Below, piece after piece: positions 13,279 through 26,995 of a DNA stretch of 64,000 nt. Numbering within the stretch: the first letter of the stretch is position 1; the number at the start of each line of letters is the position of its first letter. This stretch comes from Chrysomallon squamiferum (taxonomy: Eukaryota; Animalia; Mollusca), in assembly GCA_012295275.1 (NCBI GenBank), contig CM022673.1:4464001-4528000 (forward strand), given 5' to 3'. The translations under genes and the position numbers were made by a program. The notes under the pieces were generated by a model. The model ran no database searches. It was not told the origin of the DNA and was given only the letters and a program-made list of their open reading frames with translations.

Positions 13279-14559
13279 TTCTAGGTTTTTTATATTTCTT
13301 TTTTCTCTTTCTATCATTCTCTCACATATTCTCCAAACACCAATACATATTACTGTATACATGTCCTCTCACCATTTCTCTGTCTCTCTGTCTGTCTAGC
13401 TAAAGCACAAATGTAGATAATATTTCTTTTGCTTCATATTATTATAATAAAAAAAAAAAACATTTCTACATGAAGCTTCAGTACAAACAGTAAGTTGATA
13501 TATTCATGGACTCAGTGCACTCTGTTTTAATACATTTGATTTTTTTTTTTTTTCTTTTAAACACCTCACACTCTGTGATATACATACAATATTTTCTGAT
13601 TCATAAATAGTCATGTATTCCGTGCTAATCTTTTGAAACATCAAATATCTATTTCATATTTTAATTTATTAAAAATATGAGATGTTGTTTTTAATAATGT
13701 AAAGGGTATTAATGTAAGCATATGGTGAGATATTATTATTTTTTAAAAGTATTTAGAATTATTATAAAAAATAATTTTGAAATATTATTTTTAAAATGAA
13801 GTATGGAGAGTTAGTATAAAAAAATGTTATGATATTGTGGTTTTTTAAAAAGTAGAGGTAGTTACAAATGTGTTGAGATATTAATTTTTAAAAAAGTACA
13901 GAGAATCAATATATAAAGATGATACAATATTGTTTTTAACAGCGTAGAGTTGATGCAGACACATGCTGAAATATTGTTTCAAATAAAAAAGTACAGGGAG
14001 TGTCCTGTATTGATTTATTGATTTCTCTGTTAGGTTAATGAGGTGATGATGATCAATAATGCATGGTCTTAAAACGGAAACCACATTGATTTGCTTTTAG
14101 AAACAGATTCAGTTATACAATCAACCTTTACCAAATGGCCACGAGTTTATATTTGTTATATACAACTTGGTGGTTAAAATTTATATATACATGTCATTTA
14201 TTTATTAATATAATTGATATATTTATTTATTTATTTATTTATTTATAATTTATTAATAAAAGTTAATATTATATAAAACTCAGTTATTAATTCTTATATT
14301 TAATATATATTTGTAATATTCAATATATGACTGAGTTAATATCTGATTTTATTTTATAGTTAATAATACAGAATATTTTTATTATATTTATCAGTTGTTT
14401 TTTCTACAGCTGTTACTTGTTACACAAAACCCAGTTAATATGTGTGTGAAGCAGTGTTTTTTATTTATTTATTTGTTGTTGTTGTTGTTGTTATTGTTAT
14501 TTATTGGCCACCAGAGTTCAATGAATATTGATATTTGATTTTAATGTGTAATGATTTGT

Positions 14560-14740
14560 GAAAAGAAACCTTCTTATAAGCAGAAAGGGATCTCATATAT
14601 ATACCTTTCCATAGAAAGCAAAAAAAATCAGAACCTTTAATAAATCAGATATGAGGCACAAGCTGGAATGGTAAAAAAAAAAATGTAAGTACACAAGACA
14701 GTATTGATCCTTAGGCCTTCCACAGCTCAGAGCAGCTCAT
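14560..14740 (-). mobile_element. Decayed SINE fragment (same family)
   Basis: AAGCAGAAAGGGATCTCATATATATACCTTTCCATAG core, then GCTGGAATGG and ATTGATCCT. Confidence 0.55.
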
Positions 14741-15691
14741 AAGAAATTGAGGTACAGACCATTCCTACTTATAAATAGATATTATTGAAGTTATTGAATG
14801 GCTTTAACTGCATATGAATGTCGACACTAGACTAGATGTTTGTAAAATGAAAACTATTTAGATAATGAATTGTGTGTGTGTGTGTGCATGCGTGCATGTG
14901 TGTGTGTGTGTTTGAACCAAAATTGTTGGCGTGAAAGTACAATTCTCTTTTCCATCTGAGCTAACACCAGTAATAGAAAAATTTATATTAAAGTAGCCTT
15001 GACATTTATTTTGTGGGAACAAATAAAGCATAAAAAATAATAAAATTAGGTAACAATACATGTTTAATTTTCCCTTGAGAGCAGTCAAGACTATTAAAAA
15101 GCAAAGAAAAGAAAAAAGAAAAAGAAAAGAAAGCTCAACAAAACCAAAAAAACCCAAAATGAAACCAACATATCAACCTCAAACATATATATATATTTAT
15201 ATTTTTAAGCTATAATGTAATGAAAACTATGAGATTACAGTAAAAATTATAATAAATAAACTAACTAGAAAAAACACAAAGAAAGTAAGTAAAAAGAAAA
15301 TGTTTAGTGGAAAAAAAATAAAATTGTAGAAAATACCTAAATCAATACAGAATTAACAAACGTCAGACAAATGTCACATGCACTGTTTTAACAATGTCTT
15401 TATATCTAATTAAAAATAATGATGGTGATGCACTTACATAACTGATTTCCTTAACAGAAGTTGTTTGTGTTAATTGGTTTATGTTAGGATCATCTGTTAC
15501 CTTTCACATAATCAGATATAGACAGGTAAACAGTTATTACCTGTGCACCAGGTAAAGAAAGCTGTACATTTTAATTGGTCTTGTGAGGTTTGTCAACAAA
15601 AGAAAAATGTATTTGTATAGTTAGTTATGTAAGAGTAATTATATTATTATATCTAATTGAACAGTAATGTGTATATATGTGTGTTCTTGTA

Positions 15692-15751
<60 letters not shown>

Positions 15752-18033
15752 GTGAGTCTGTCCACATGTGGGTACATGTAGGTAGGTTTGTAATTAAAAA
15801 TATTAAAATACTTTTTAGATAACATTACACAACAATGCTATTTCAATTAATGTGTTATTTGTATTTTGTTGTCATTTTATTACAGAGTTGTACATTTATT
15901 TTATTTTCAAAGTATAACTTACTAATATACTGTTTTAGACATATAAAGAATAACTAACAGGAATGTCTTGAAATGTATGGCCTTGTCTATGCAGTTGTAT
16001 ATGCTGTTGAAACATCAGCAGCTGGGTTGACAATGTAAAGCTGAACAGAGCATGAGAATAACTTCATGGTGATACTAGGTTTTTACCCATCCAAGTCAGA
16101 GTAACTGCATTTTAAAGTTTGCAGTTAATGGAAAATGTATTAGAAGACAAACAATATTTGTGATCAAGAAATGAGGTAGTGTCACTGAATTTATGTTTAA
16201 ATATCAATAATTCACTGAATAATGAACGCATCTAATCAAAATTTTCAAGATTCTTATAAAAACAGACACTGACAAATACATTTTGAAAAAAGGGCATGAC
16301 AACCTGATCTGACTTTGGAAATGTGGGTCAAATGTCTGTCTAAGAGAATGGTAGAAAATTACTCAGGTCATGGGTGTGCTCTTGGGAAGTCATTCATTTA
16401 GTTTTTATTGGACTAGAAGACTAAATGATTAACCTGCTAAGTTCTGAATGTGTTAAATATTTGTTTCTTCAAACACAGCCATCTTAGGCAAAACTGGGTG
16501 GTAGCCATTTTGAATTGTCAGAAAATTTGTATTTCTTTGAAACTTTCTGTGATGGATATGACTTCATTATTGCAGTGACATATTAAATAAAAATATGTCA
16601 CTGCTTCCAGATTACAGATTTCTATTGCACAGTTATTTGAAAATACAGTTATGAGGGAAGAAAACTACAGATACAAATTTAAGATGTAATATTTTCTGTC
16701 CATCACACAATGTATTTGGTATTGGACTGGTAAACACATTGTCTGTGCTTTGATGTCTGTTACATTTCAATCAATCAACAATTAGAAACTGCAGAACATG
16801 GCTAAACATGAATTTATAATGTCTGAGAAGGGAAAAGTTATTAATTTGTTGAGGTTTTTTGGGGGGTTTTTTGTGGCTTTAGAAAAAACAAATTTGAAAA
16901 ATTGCCAGCTCTGGAAACACGATCAATTATGATGAGATAAAAATTACAAGTGTTCAGCACAAAATAAATTCACAACTGGTGCAGTGAACATTGCAAACCT
17001 AGCTATTACAACCATATTTTTTTCATCTGATTCGGGTGATGCTCTGAAAAAGTGATGATGTCATCATGCAAGCTCTGGCTCACAAGGTAAATCATGGATT
17101 CCCTGCCTTGATTGTTGAACTTAAACAAGACACCTCCTGCCATTGCTTCACAAACTACTGTTTAGAACTAAACACTGAATACAGAAATTAGTCAAATTTG
17201 ACAAGACATTTTTTACACTTATTTACCTCTGTATTATTTATAAAATATATAAAAAAAAACACACAAAAACCCTGGATGAAATATACTCTGAATGGCTGTA
17301 AAGTCACATTAAGCTGTTACATGTTATTAGCATTGTGAATTCAAATACATCCTGCCTGACAGTGAGTCTATCTTTGTATAAAGTGGCATCAGAATTTAAA
17401 AACCCCAAGAATACATTAAATATTTCATTGTCAAAAACAAAATGGCGGGTCTGACTGTTAACTAAGCAGGCAGTCAGTTCATACATGAATAAATCAGTAA
17501 AAGTAGATATTATTTTGTAGTTCTTAGTAAATGAAAATTGAGAATTTTGAAAAGGAAAGGCTTTAATTTTAAATGTATGAAAATGGTATTTTTAAACTAG
17601 GGTTTGTTAATTCACAATCGTTAGATTAAGGTGCTGATCCAGGATTTCAGTAAAGATCTGAACATTTATTGTGTTTGGTAGGACTTTTGCAAAAAAAAAA
17701 AAAAAATAATAATAATAGTCTTGAAAAAATAGTGTACAGGAACTTATTGGTGTCTGCACACATTCTGGTGTATGTCTATATCTGTTCCTGTATAGAAAAC
17801 AGAAAAATGGATTAAAATTGAAAAAAAAAATAAGATAAAAAAGAAATAGCATTCAAAGAGATGGATTAATCAGTAAGTCTTTATAAATGTAGAAATCCCT
17901 TTAACATTCAGTTCCAACCAGGTGGAATATTCTTTTAATTCTAGTTCAATGGAATTAATTCTTGTTTATTTTTATTTAAAAAAAAAAAAATAATAATAAT
18001 TCTTACTTCCTTTTATTTTTAAATATTTAAGTT

Positions 18034-18065
<32 letters not shown>

Positions 18066-18235
18066 TGTATGTTTGTTTTTATTATTGTTTTTGTTGTAGT
18101 GTTGTTACTGTTATTATTATTATTATTTAAAATCATTATTCATTCTACATCATTTGATGTTGCATTTAATTATTTCCCTTGAAATTTAATCTCTTCAGCT
18201 GAAAAGATTAAATTTGGTACTAAAATTAATTTCAA

Positions 18236-18562
18236 ATACAGATACACCAGTAATTTCAGTATGTTGTTTCTAGGGGGTTGTTAATGGTATGTTTGCTTTT
18301 GTTTTTAAATACAGATGTACTCCAAAAATATTTACTTTATTTTTCTTGTAATAACATATTCAGTTCTGTTTTTTTGATACAGATATACTTCAAAAGTATC
18401 TAATTGTTTTACTTGTAATGGCATACTTAGTTTTGTTTTCAATTATAGATGTACTCCAAAAGTATCTACATTGTTTTTCTTGTAATGACACATTCAGTTC
18501 TGTTTTTTAATACAGAGACACTTCAAAAGTATCCACATTGGTTTTCTTGTAATGGGACATTT
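18236..18562. repeat. Degenerate tandem repeat, about 67-bp unit, 4-5 copies
   Basis: Recurring ACAGAT..ACT(C/T)CAAAAGTATCTA..TTGTTTTTCTTGTAATG..CA..TCAGTTCTGTTTTT near 18309, 18378, 18445 and 18511, with a weaker copy near 18236. Confidence 0.85.
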
Positions 18563-18663
18563 AATAATATATTTTGCATATATTGAATCAAATAAAGTTT
18601 TATGTAATTCTCACATAGACTTACCCACAGAGTAATAATTTTAAAATAAAAATCTATTCAGAC

Positions 18664-18702
<39 letters not shown>

Positions 18703-18722
18703 TTCTGCAATTATTTTAGGGG

Positions 18723-18758
<36 letters not shown>

Positions 18759-19783
18759 CTGTTTTGTATTAAGAATAATTGAATGCCTAGATGGAATAAA
18801 CAGTTTTAATCATCAGACTATGCAACTTTCAAATGGAAGTATTATTTTGGAAAAAAAACCAATGTAATAAAACCTGTTCAGCCTGTGAATGATTTCTCTA
18901 AGCCTCTTTGACATGCAACCATGTAGCAGACATCATGATTACCTGCTGCAGTGCAATGCATAAAATTACTTCAGACAAACTCACTCTCCATGCAAACATC
19001 ATCAACTTGAAATCTTTGAGTATCGATTTAAAAAGCAATTAGAATCAGCAGGTTTGCTTTTTGATTTAGTCTGTGTGCCCCATCGAAAGATTAAAAGCAA
19101 AGATTCTCTGTTAGGTTTTATTAAAATAGTTACTGCACTCTCGTCATTTCATATTAGAACTTTTTCTCTTAGGGTTTCTGTCTGGATTTTTCTCATTTAT
19201 AGCTGGTTTTTCAAAGTCTTTGATATCTATAATCTATATCTATGTAGATATATATATATATATTAACTGGTACAAGATTATCCCTTTGACCTATCTCTCA
19301 ATCTAGATTATGATTTTGACAGAGTACTAATGCTGAAAAATTTTTAAAAAATATTCTTTAAATCATATCTAAATGATTAATTTACATAAGGGCTAGATTT
19401 TCATTTCGTGGGTAATTGTACTAGTAGATTTATTTTATTTTATTTTATTTTATTTTATTTTATTTTTATTTTATTTTATTTTATTTTTATTATTGTTTGT
19501 TTGTTTGTTTTATTTTGTTTTATTTTATTTTATTTTATTTTATTTTATTGTATTTTATTTTTTTATTTTATTTTATTTTATTATTTATTTATTTATTTTA
19601 TTTTAATTTTTGTTTTGTTAGACTTTTGCTGTAGACAGAAAAATGAACCCCATCCATTATTACTGAGTCTGAATTATTTGTTGGTGATTGTTGTCTGATT
19701 AAATGGAAATTGGAAAAAAAATGGTTGGTCTCAGGAGGTTAATTAACTGATTCTGCAGAAGAGAAATTGTGGTTAATGTGTGC

Positions 19784-19823
<40 letters not shown>

Positions 19824-20919
19824 AATATTGTTGGTTCCATTCTTGTTACTGGCTGGTTTATTTTTAGATCTTATTTCAACAACCATTAGTAACTGATATG
19901 TATTTGTGTAAAAAAAAAAAAAGAAGAAGTATGCTGCTTTTGTGTGTGTGTGTGTGTAAATACTAATTTACTTTCTTTCTTTTACATTTTTCTTTTCTTT
20001 TTTCATTTTATTTCATTTCAAATTTATTGTTTTTCTATTTTCTTCATTTATTTTATTTTCTTTCCCATCCAAATTTTTTTCTATTCTTCACGCATAGATT
20101 TTTTCTTCATTCTTTCCTTTCTTTCAATTCTGTTTGACTATTGCTATTCCTATTTTTTCCTTTCTTTCTTTCTTTTCTTATTTTTTGTATCCCTCTTTAT
20201 GTTTTTTCCTGCCTATTTTCCATATATATTTTTTATTTCAATTCTGTTTGACAATTGCTTTTCCTATTTTCTTTCTTTTCTTATTTTTTAACCCCTTCTT
20301 TATGTTCTGTTCTTTCCTCTTTTCTATATATATTTTTGTTCTTTCTTTCAAATGTGTCAAAATGCAATTCATTTTTTGGGGTCATTTCTACTCTCCTAAT
20401 CTCACAAAGTATTAACCCATTCAGTGAACACAAATGAACACAAATGTGGTCATCATCATCTTCTTTTTCTCTTTTCTTTTCAAAAAAAAAAAAGAAGAAA
20501 AAAATGAATTGGTTCATCAGTGTCCTTTATGGAGAAAATTCCCAATGACCCCATCACCTTATTCCAACTTATCACCTACAGTCCCTGGTGGTGACTCCAC
20601 TAGATTAGAATGCTGACTTACGCTGTCCAAAAAAAGAAAATGCTTCATTTTGTCCTCATGTCAAGAGGGTAATGCTGCAGACCACTTCAAACTGTACAAA
20701 CTGAGGCAGTAATAAATTTAAGGATTAAGCAGTCAGCTGGATGCTCTTGCTCAGCAGACATCTGTAAGACGTGTGTAGGTGTAAATGAAAATAAAATCTT
20801 GATTTAATTCTGTCCTTTGCAGTCACTCCTTCATTTCGTGTTACAGTCTGTTTGCTTAATGGCTGTCTTGACATATGGTGATTATTTGATAATACATTTC
20901 ACATATATTACAGTGAATG

Positions 20920-21225
20920 TGATATGTGTTATTTATTATTTGGTACAATAAACATATATTGTTTATTTAATGTGGTATATTTGATATATATATATTGTTT
21001 ATTTAATGTGCATTTAACAAATACTGTTTATTTAATATATATTTCTCATATTTTTTAATGTGTACTTGATATATACTGTTTATTATATAGTACACTAGGC
21101 ATAATCTGTTTATTTAATAAATATTTCATGTATATTGTTTATTTAATGTTATACTTGACATATTATTTAACTGGTTACTTGACATTTAATTGAAAAACTT
21201 GATATATTGTTTATTTAATTTATAT
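20920..21225. repeat. Degenerate tandem repeat, about 30-bp unit
   Basis: Repeated ATATTGTTTATTTAATG core with ACTTGA(C/T)AT-like linkers. Confidence 0.75.
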
Positions 21226-22667
21226 ATAAAATACACCATTTAATGATCAATAAGAATCAAATAATAAATTAAATAAATCTTGCTAAGCATGGTCCTTTTA
21301 TTCTCTATTGTACATAACCCATGAACACTAACATGTATTCTAACACATTTGACAGGTAGAGAGGTATGTCCATACATCCATACATCCATACATCCAACCA
21401 ACCTTTCTTCTTCAATACTAATATTAAAGCAGATAAAAAAATAAGAATTTAAATATAAAAATTCCCTTGAAAGTGATAAAGATTTTGAAAATATCAGCTG
21501 ACCATTGCATTTATAAATTAAGAGGTTGCTGCTCTTTGAAAAATGAAGAAAAATAATAAACAAAAAAAATTAAATTTTTTAATATTATGATGTCTTACCA
21601 TGTTTCAAATAATTTCAAATAAGTTTTATTTTTCTAGTGAAGGGTTAAAAAGAATTTTATTTTATTTTATGAGTGTATCAGAATGGTCACATAGTCATAT
21701 CAGCTATTCTTACATTACATCAGAACTCTTCAAGGACAACATATCAATGACACTTAAATACATTTACTACTTTAGTATTACAGTTATCTGAACCCTGAAA
21801 GAATGAGCATTCAAGTTAATGTACGAAATATTTATTTAATAACACCTAAATACACATTAGTATTGATGCTTATTAGGTATTAAGCATGTTATGCATCACA
21901 ATGGTGCTAATGATAATGATGATAAGTTTAAAAAAGTAACTTACTGATATTCCTGATACGAATGTGTGCATGCATATGTTGTGTATCTGTGTATATGTAT
22001 GTATGTGTGGTATGTATGTCTGATATGTATGTATAGTATGTATGTATGTATGTATATTATGTATATTATGTATATGTATGTATATGTGTAAGTGTCTTTT
22101 GTATGTGTGTGTATGTTTTGTATATGTGTTTGTGTGTGTGTGTTTGTATATGTGTTTGTGTGTGTGTGTGCATGTGTGTTTATGGATTTTTGGATGTGTG
22201 TGTATTTACATGTATATGTATGTATGTATATATGTGTATATGCTTATGTATGAATATATGTTTATTTGTTTATATATTGATAAATTGTTACATATGTTCA
22301 TATGTATGTATGTATCTGTGTGTTGGGAGGGTGTTTGTATATGTGGCTGAATACATACATATAATGAATACAGCCAAGCTCACTGCGTTCATAATACTGT
22401 TCATTTTCTTAACAGCCTTTTAGACAAGTCCATCTGTCTGTATATTTGTGTGATTTGGCTTTGATGAGTGACAAACAAGTATGTGACCACAGGATAAGTA
22501 ATTACTTGGTAGAGAGAAAGACTTCAGGGAAAGAATATTAGACATCATTTCAGTTCACTGCTTTGTCATTTACATAGAAATACCATGTACAGTGCTAACT
22601 GACTGCAAGTCAAAATACAGATACTTTAGTCTGATGATAGCTGTTTCTGTGTGTGACTGTGTTTGTA

Positions 22668-22702
<35 letters not shown>

Positions 22703-22911
22703 ATTAGTACATATATGTGTATGTATTTTTATTGGTACATTTCTGATAATGATATATATATTTTTAAACACACAGACACACACACAAACACACTTACATA
22801 CAAATACATGTGCATATACATTCACATACCTAATTTAACATTTAATTTATAAAACCAAATCTAGAGCCATCCCAAAGAGCTGTATTTTTTAATCAGTGCC
22901 ACTGTGTTCAG

Positions 22912-22912
<1 letters not shown>

Positions 22913-22952
<40 letters not shown>
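22913..22952 (+). repeat. (AC)20 microsatellite about 155 nt upstream of the exon 2 acceptor
   Basis: Pure run. Confidence 0.95.
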
Positions 22953-22956
<4 letters not shown>

Positions 22957-23107
22957 ACATTGGTTGTCATTTTGTTATAATGATATAAATAACATTAATT
23001 TTACAATATAATTAGATGGAAGTCCAGGAATTAGAATTAAATAACTTCACTTTCTCTTTTATAATTATTTTATTATTTTAAATTTGTTTTCATTTGTATT
23101 TTTTCAG

Positions 23108-23155
23108 GATGTATGCTTAGTGATGTATGTGGGCCAGACCAAGTCTGTAAAGATG
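23108..23155 (+). CDS. PTPRN2: Coding exon 2 (48 nt, phase 1-1), Cys-rich RESP18-homology segment of IA-2/phogrin
   Basis: Acceptor tttgtattttttcag| and donor ATG|GTAAGT. It joins exon 1 in frame to give (G)CMLSDVCGPDQVCKD plus G. The pattern G-C-x5-C-x5-C-x2-[G-initial codon] parallels the recalled PTPRN/PTPRN2 motif GC-x6-C-x5-C-x2-DGxFGxC. Confidence 0.8.
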
Positions 23156-25890
23156 GTAAGTAGAATGTTACTAGTCAAAGTATAATAAAACAAATCCACC
23201 AGAAGAGAACATCTAGGTGCATTCCTCAAATTGAAGAAAATAATAAAAATTCAGTTTTGGAGTGCACATTCAGAAGATCATTTTTATTCTTTCATTATTA
23301 TTATTTAAATAGCCTTGGACATTTGTTTTGGACTACCTAACATAGCTATAATTTTCAAATGCTCACACTGAAAGAAGAACCATAGTTAGAACTGTCACCA
23401 CATGAACATGTATAATACTCAAGTCCTGTGTCTCTCTTGAGTGTATATGCTTTATTAATGGTCCTGCTCCTGGTGTGAAACCACCAAAACCCATATATTG
23501 TCAAAAGTAATTACACTTTTTAATGATTTACTTGTTTTCAGGATAGTATATTTTCTGTGTTAATGTTAGGTTTAAATATTAACAAGACTAATCAGTCTGT
23601 TATAAGATAACAAGTTAAATCAGTATGTGGTTAAACAACAGCCTTATTAAATCCTAGAACCAGATTATATCCAGTATAACCATTTATTTTTCCACGACAT
23701 AATATATTTTTTTTTAATACTCTTAGTGTGAATCCAGCATTCAGCTTCTCTAAAACAAAATGAGCCAGTTGTAAATATTTTTAATTAAACAAATTAGTTT
23801 TTTATTTGAATTACATATAAATAGATTTAAATACAACTTGCTGGAATATGTAATAAAAAATATATCTATGGTTGAAAGGATTTCACAGACTTTAATTTAT
23901 ATTACGTTCTGTAATAATCATTACAACCACAGGGAAACAAAATGTTGCACTGCAAACTGGGATAGCAAATGAAAAATACCACTGATATCATTTTTATATT
24001 CAGGAATGGGAAAATTAAAGTTTGTGTGGCAAAAAAAATAAATCAGATTTAGAAATATCACTATTATATTTTTAGATATTAAAATTACACCACTATACAT
24101 TACCCAGATTCTGTAATAAACTGTGATAGTTGATATTTGTGCTTGTTTATCAAGAATCCACTGATGGCAGGTCTCGTTGGTAAATTGTTCTATTTTTGAT
24201 TTATGGATAAATGTTTGGCTGATTTTGTTTAATGTGATGTCGATGTCTAGAGAAAAACAGAAACAGTTTAATCTTTGTGATTTCCACAGCATTTCTAATT
24301 TCTTACTTTTTGATGTTTTTGCTTTTTTCCCCACAAGGATGTTTCCAATAATAAATGACAATATATAACATTTTAAGCCTTAAATTCTTGTATGAAGCTG
24401 TGTATGTGTGCGAAAGTGAAAGAGAAAAAGATGGTACAATTTTTTTTTTTTAATTCTCAACTGTTCCTGTATATTTTTTTCTTTCTTTCTTTTTCCTTCA
24501 TCCTTTTCTTCAGTCCCATCTCTTGAAAAAAAAGAGAAAAATTCTCTCTCCATCATTTTCTCTGTTGAAGTCTTCTTTCGTCACACATATTTTACTGCAC
24601 CCACTGACAGCTCCAGAGAGCTTATCTTTCACAGCCACACACAGCAATGATCTCACATTCAGCTGTTGAAGAATGCCAAATGTATTTGATTTTGCCCCAA
24701 GGATTTCCATCTGCAATTGGCAGCTTCAGTTCTGAGAGATTTTCAAAAAATGGATCTCAAAAGAAAATTTATGGCAGAAGTGTTTTCTAGTTTCTAGTTT
24801 AGTTTGTTTGTTGCCTTTTCTGGCCAAATACAAAAACAACTTTCTCAAACATTTCTGTAGCATTAAAGTGCATGACACAGGTGCAAAGGGTTAAATCACC
24901 AGTATTCCAATTTGTTAAGAATTATATATAAGAAGGAAATAATTGCTGCCTTCAGTTCACAAACAACCTTTACCAGTTAAACCTGAAGGATGCATTTGGT
25001 CATGGAGTTCAAATTGGTGTGTGTGTGTGTCTGTGTACATGTGTGTGTATGTGTGTTTGTGTTTGTGTGTGTACAAAACAGATACAGTCCAAAAAAGGGA
25101 ACACTATGGTTAAGTAAGTACCATTTGATTATCAGGTAGAAGGATCTCATCTTGGTAACCACTTCAACCAGGAATTAATGTGAAAAGTTTATTATTATTA
25201 TTATTATTTTTTTTAATTTAAATTTTTACTACTATTCTTCTCTTTTTTTTAATTTTTATCAATAAATATTCAAACATATACTAAGCCTATTTTACACAGA
25301 CAATATGGGTTCTACTTTTTACAAGCCTGAGACATCATCCATGAATTGTCAGAAGATGTGGGATTCTTTCAGACAGTTGATTTATTCAGCAGCCCAGTGG
25401 ATACCTCCTGAGACTGATTCATTGATCACTGTGTGTCAGAAAAGCTTATCTTTAGTGCACACTTTAACAGTGCTTTGCAAGCCTTGGTAAGCCAATGTGT
25501 GCTGAGAAACATTCTTAGTGTGTCTGTGCTAACAGTATTTTTACAGGCTTCAATAAGCCAGCACCAAGAGGATGGATTCATTGATCATCATGCATCATGA
25601 AAACTGATCTTTATTGTTTCTATAGAAAATGTTTTTACAGGCCTGAGTGAGCTGGTATACGTATCATGGGCATTGATTCATTGATCCAGTGTTTCAAAAT
25701 GTCTCAGCTGCAGTCTGACAGCACATACAATAAAACGTCATAAATGAAACATGGATGCTCAGTTTAGAACGCTCCTGTTGAAAAGAATTGTGTTCATACT
25801 TTTGATTTTTTCTCATATGAATAGTCAGTTATATGTAAAAATATTTATTGTGTCCCATTCTAACAAGTTTTCCATACAGGTTTATGAAAT

Positions 25891-26110
25891 GCCATGGTAT
25901 GTGGTATCCTGTCTGTGGGAAGGTGTATATATATAAATCATCCAATGCTATGCGTTGATAAACTGAAGTGATCATAGAAGCTTTCCTTTGTCACTGTAAC
26001 ATTATATGTGAAATATATTTTAGTTTCAGGACATTGTTTGTGATGTATGTGCTTAATACCTAATAAAGTTTTGTGTAAAAACAGGCATTGTTAAATATTC
26101 ATTCAATTAT
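25891..26110 (+). mobile_element. Decayed SINE central/3' part
   Basis: GCCATGGTATGTGGTATCCTGTCTGTGGGAAGGTGTATATATAAATCATCC. Its reverse complement aligns by eye with the copies at 8.8, 14.6, 33.0, 33.7 and 40.7 kb. Confidence 0.6.
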
Positions 26111-26269
26111 TTATTCATTAATCTTTTCAGCATTTGAACATAATGTGTCCATTCATCCAAACTAAATGATAAAAGTAAATTATGTATATTTAATAAAATG
26201 CTAACATCATCTAACTAAACAATGTGTTGTAAAAATCTGATGGAACACTAAGCATATTCCCAGATGCAT

Positions 26270-26600
26270 CAATACTGACTTATAATCTACTCCCACACAA
26301 TGTGCCGTCTACTCCAAAATGTGTTCATATTGACTTTTAGTGTGTTTCCTAATGTATTAATATTGACATGTAGTCTACTTCCAAATGTATTGACATGTAG
26401 TCTACTTCCAAATGTATTAATATTGACTTACAGTCTGTTGAAAAATGTATTAATGTTATATGTAGTCTACTCCCTAATGCATTAAAATTCACTAATGATC
26501 TTACTGTTTCCATTGACATATAGTCTATTCATAAATGTATTAAAACTGACTTGTAATCTGCTTCTGTATGTATTATAAATGATGTGCAGTCTATTCCCAT
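26270..26600. repeat. Degenerate tandem repeat, about 30-bp unit
   Basis: Repeated TGACATGTAGTCTACTTCCAAATGTATT and variants. Confidence 0.8.
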
Positions 26601-26878
26601 AATACTGCTGTTGTCCCAGGCAGACACACTTGTTTTCTAGGAGATACAAGCAAAGAGTTATTTTACAGACTCACTAAATTCAACTTTTAAATCCACAGAT
26701 GCCAGATCAATGAGTTCAAAAATGAGAGTTGATTCGTTACATAGCATTTGAACTTGTATACCATACAATCATTTCTCGAAACGTTACATTTCACTGTTTG
26801 TTCTGAAATTTCACCTTCACTATCAATTCAGCAAAGCAGCCATTTTTGAAAAATTAATATTTTTATTTTTATTTTTTT

Positions 26879-26995
26879 ATTATTATTATTATTATTATTA
26901 CTACTACTACTACTATTATTATTTTTATTATTATTATTACTATTATTATTATTATTATTACTACTACTACTATTATTATTATTAGCATTATTATC
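26879..26995. repeat. Compound (TTA)n/(CTA)n trinucleotide repeat with alternating blocks
   Basis: Direct reading. It produces the spurious poly-N/S ORF. Confidence 0.93.

Larger units (their letters stand above)
3643..23107 (+). other. Intron 1 (19,465 bp, GT-AG, phase 1)
   Basis: Bounded by GTAAGT at 3643 and polypyrimidine-CAG ending at 23107. No intervening coding exon was recognised. Confidence 0.7.

Noticed and set aside
18645-18755. AATAAA followed by two long poly(A) runs, resembling a retrocopy tail
   Set aside because: There is no upstream coding or LINE similarity and no target-site duplication. Such runs are common in this AT-rich sequence.
20411-24893. TTAACCC / GGGTTAA motifs suggesting piggyBac termini
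   Set aside because: I could not pair them into convincing extended inverted repeats and saw no transposase remnant.
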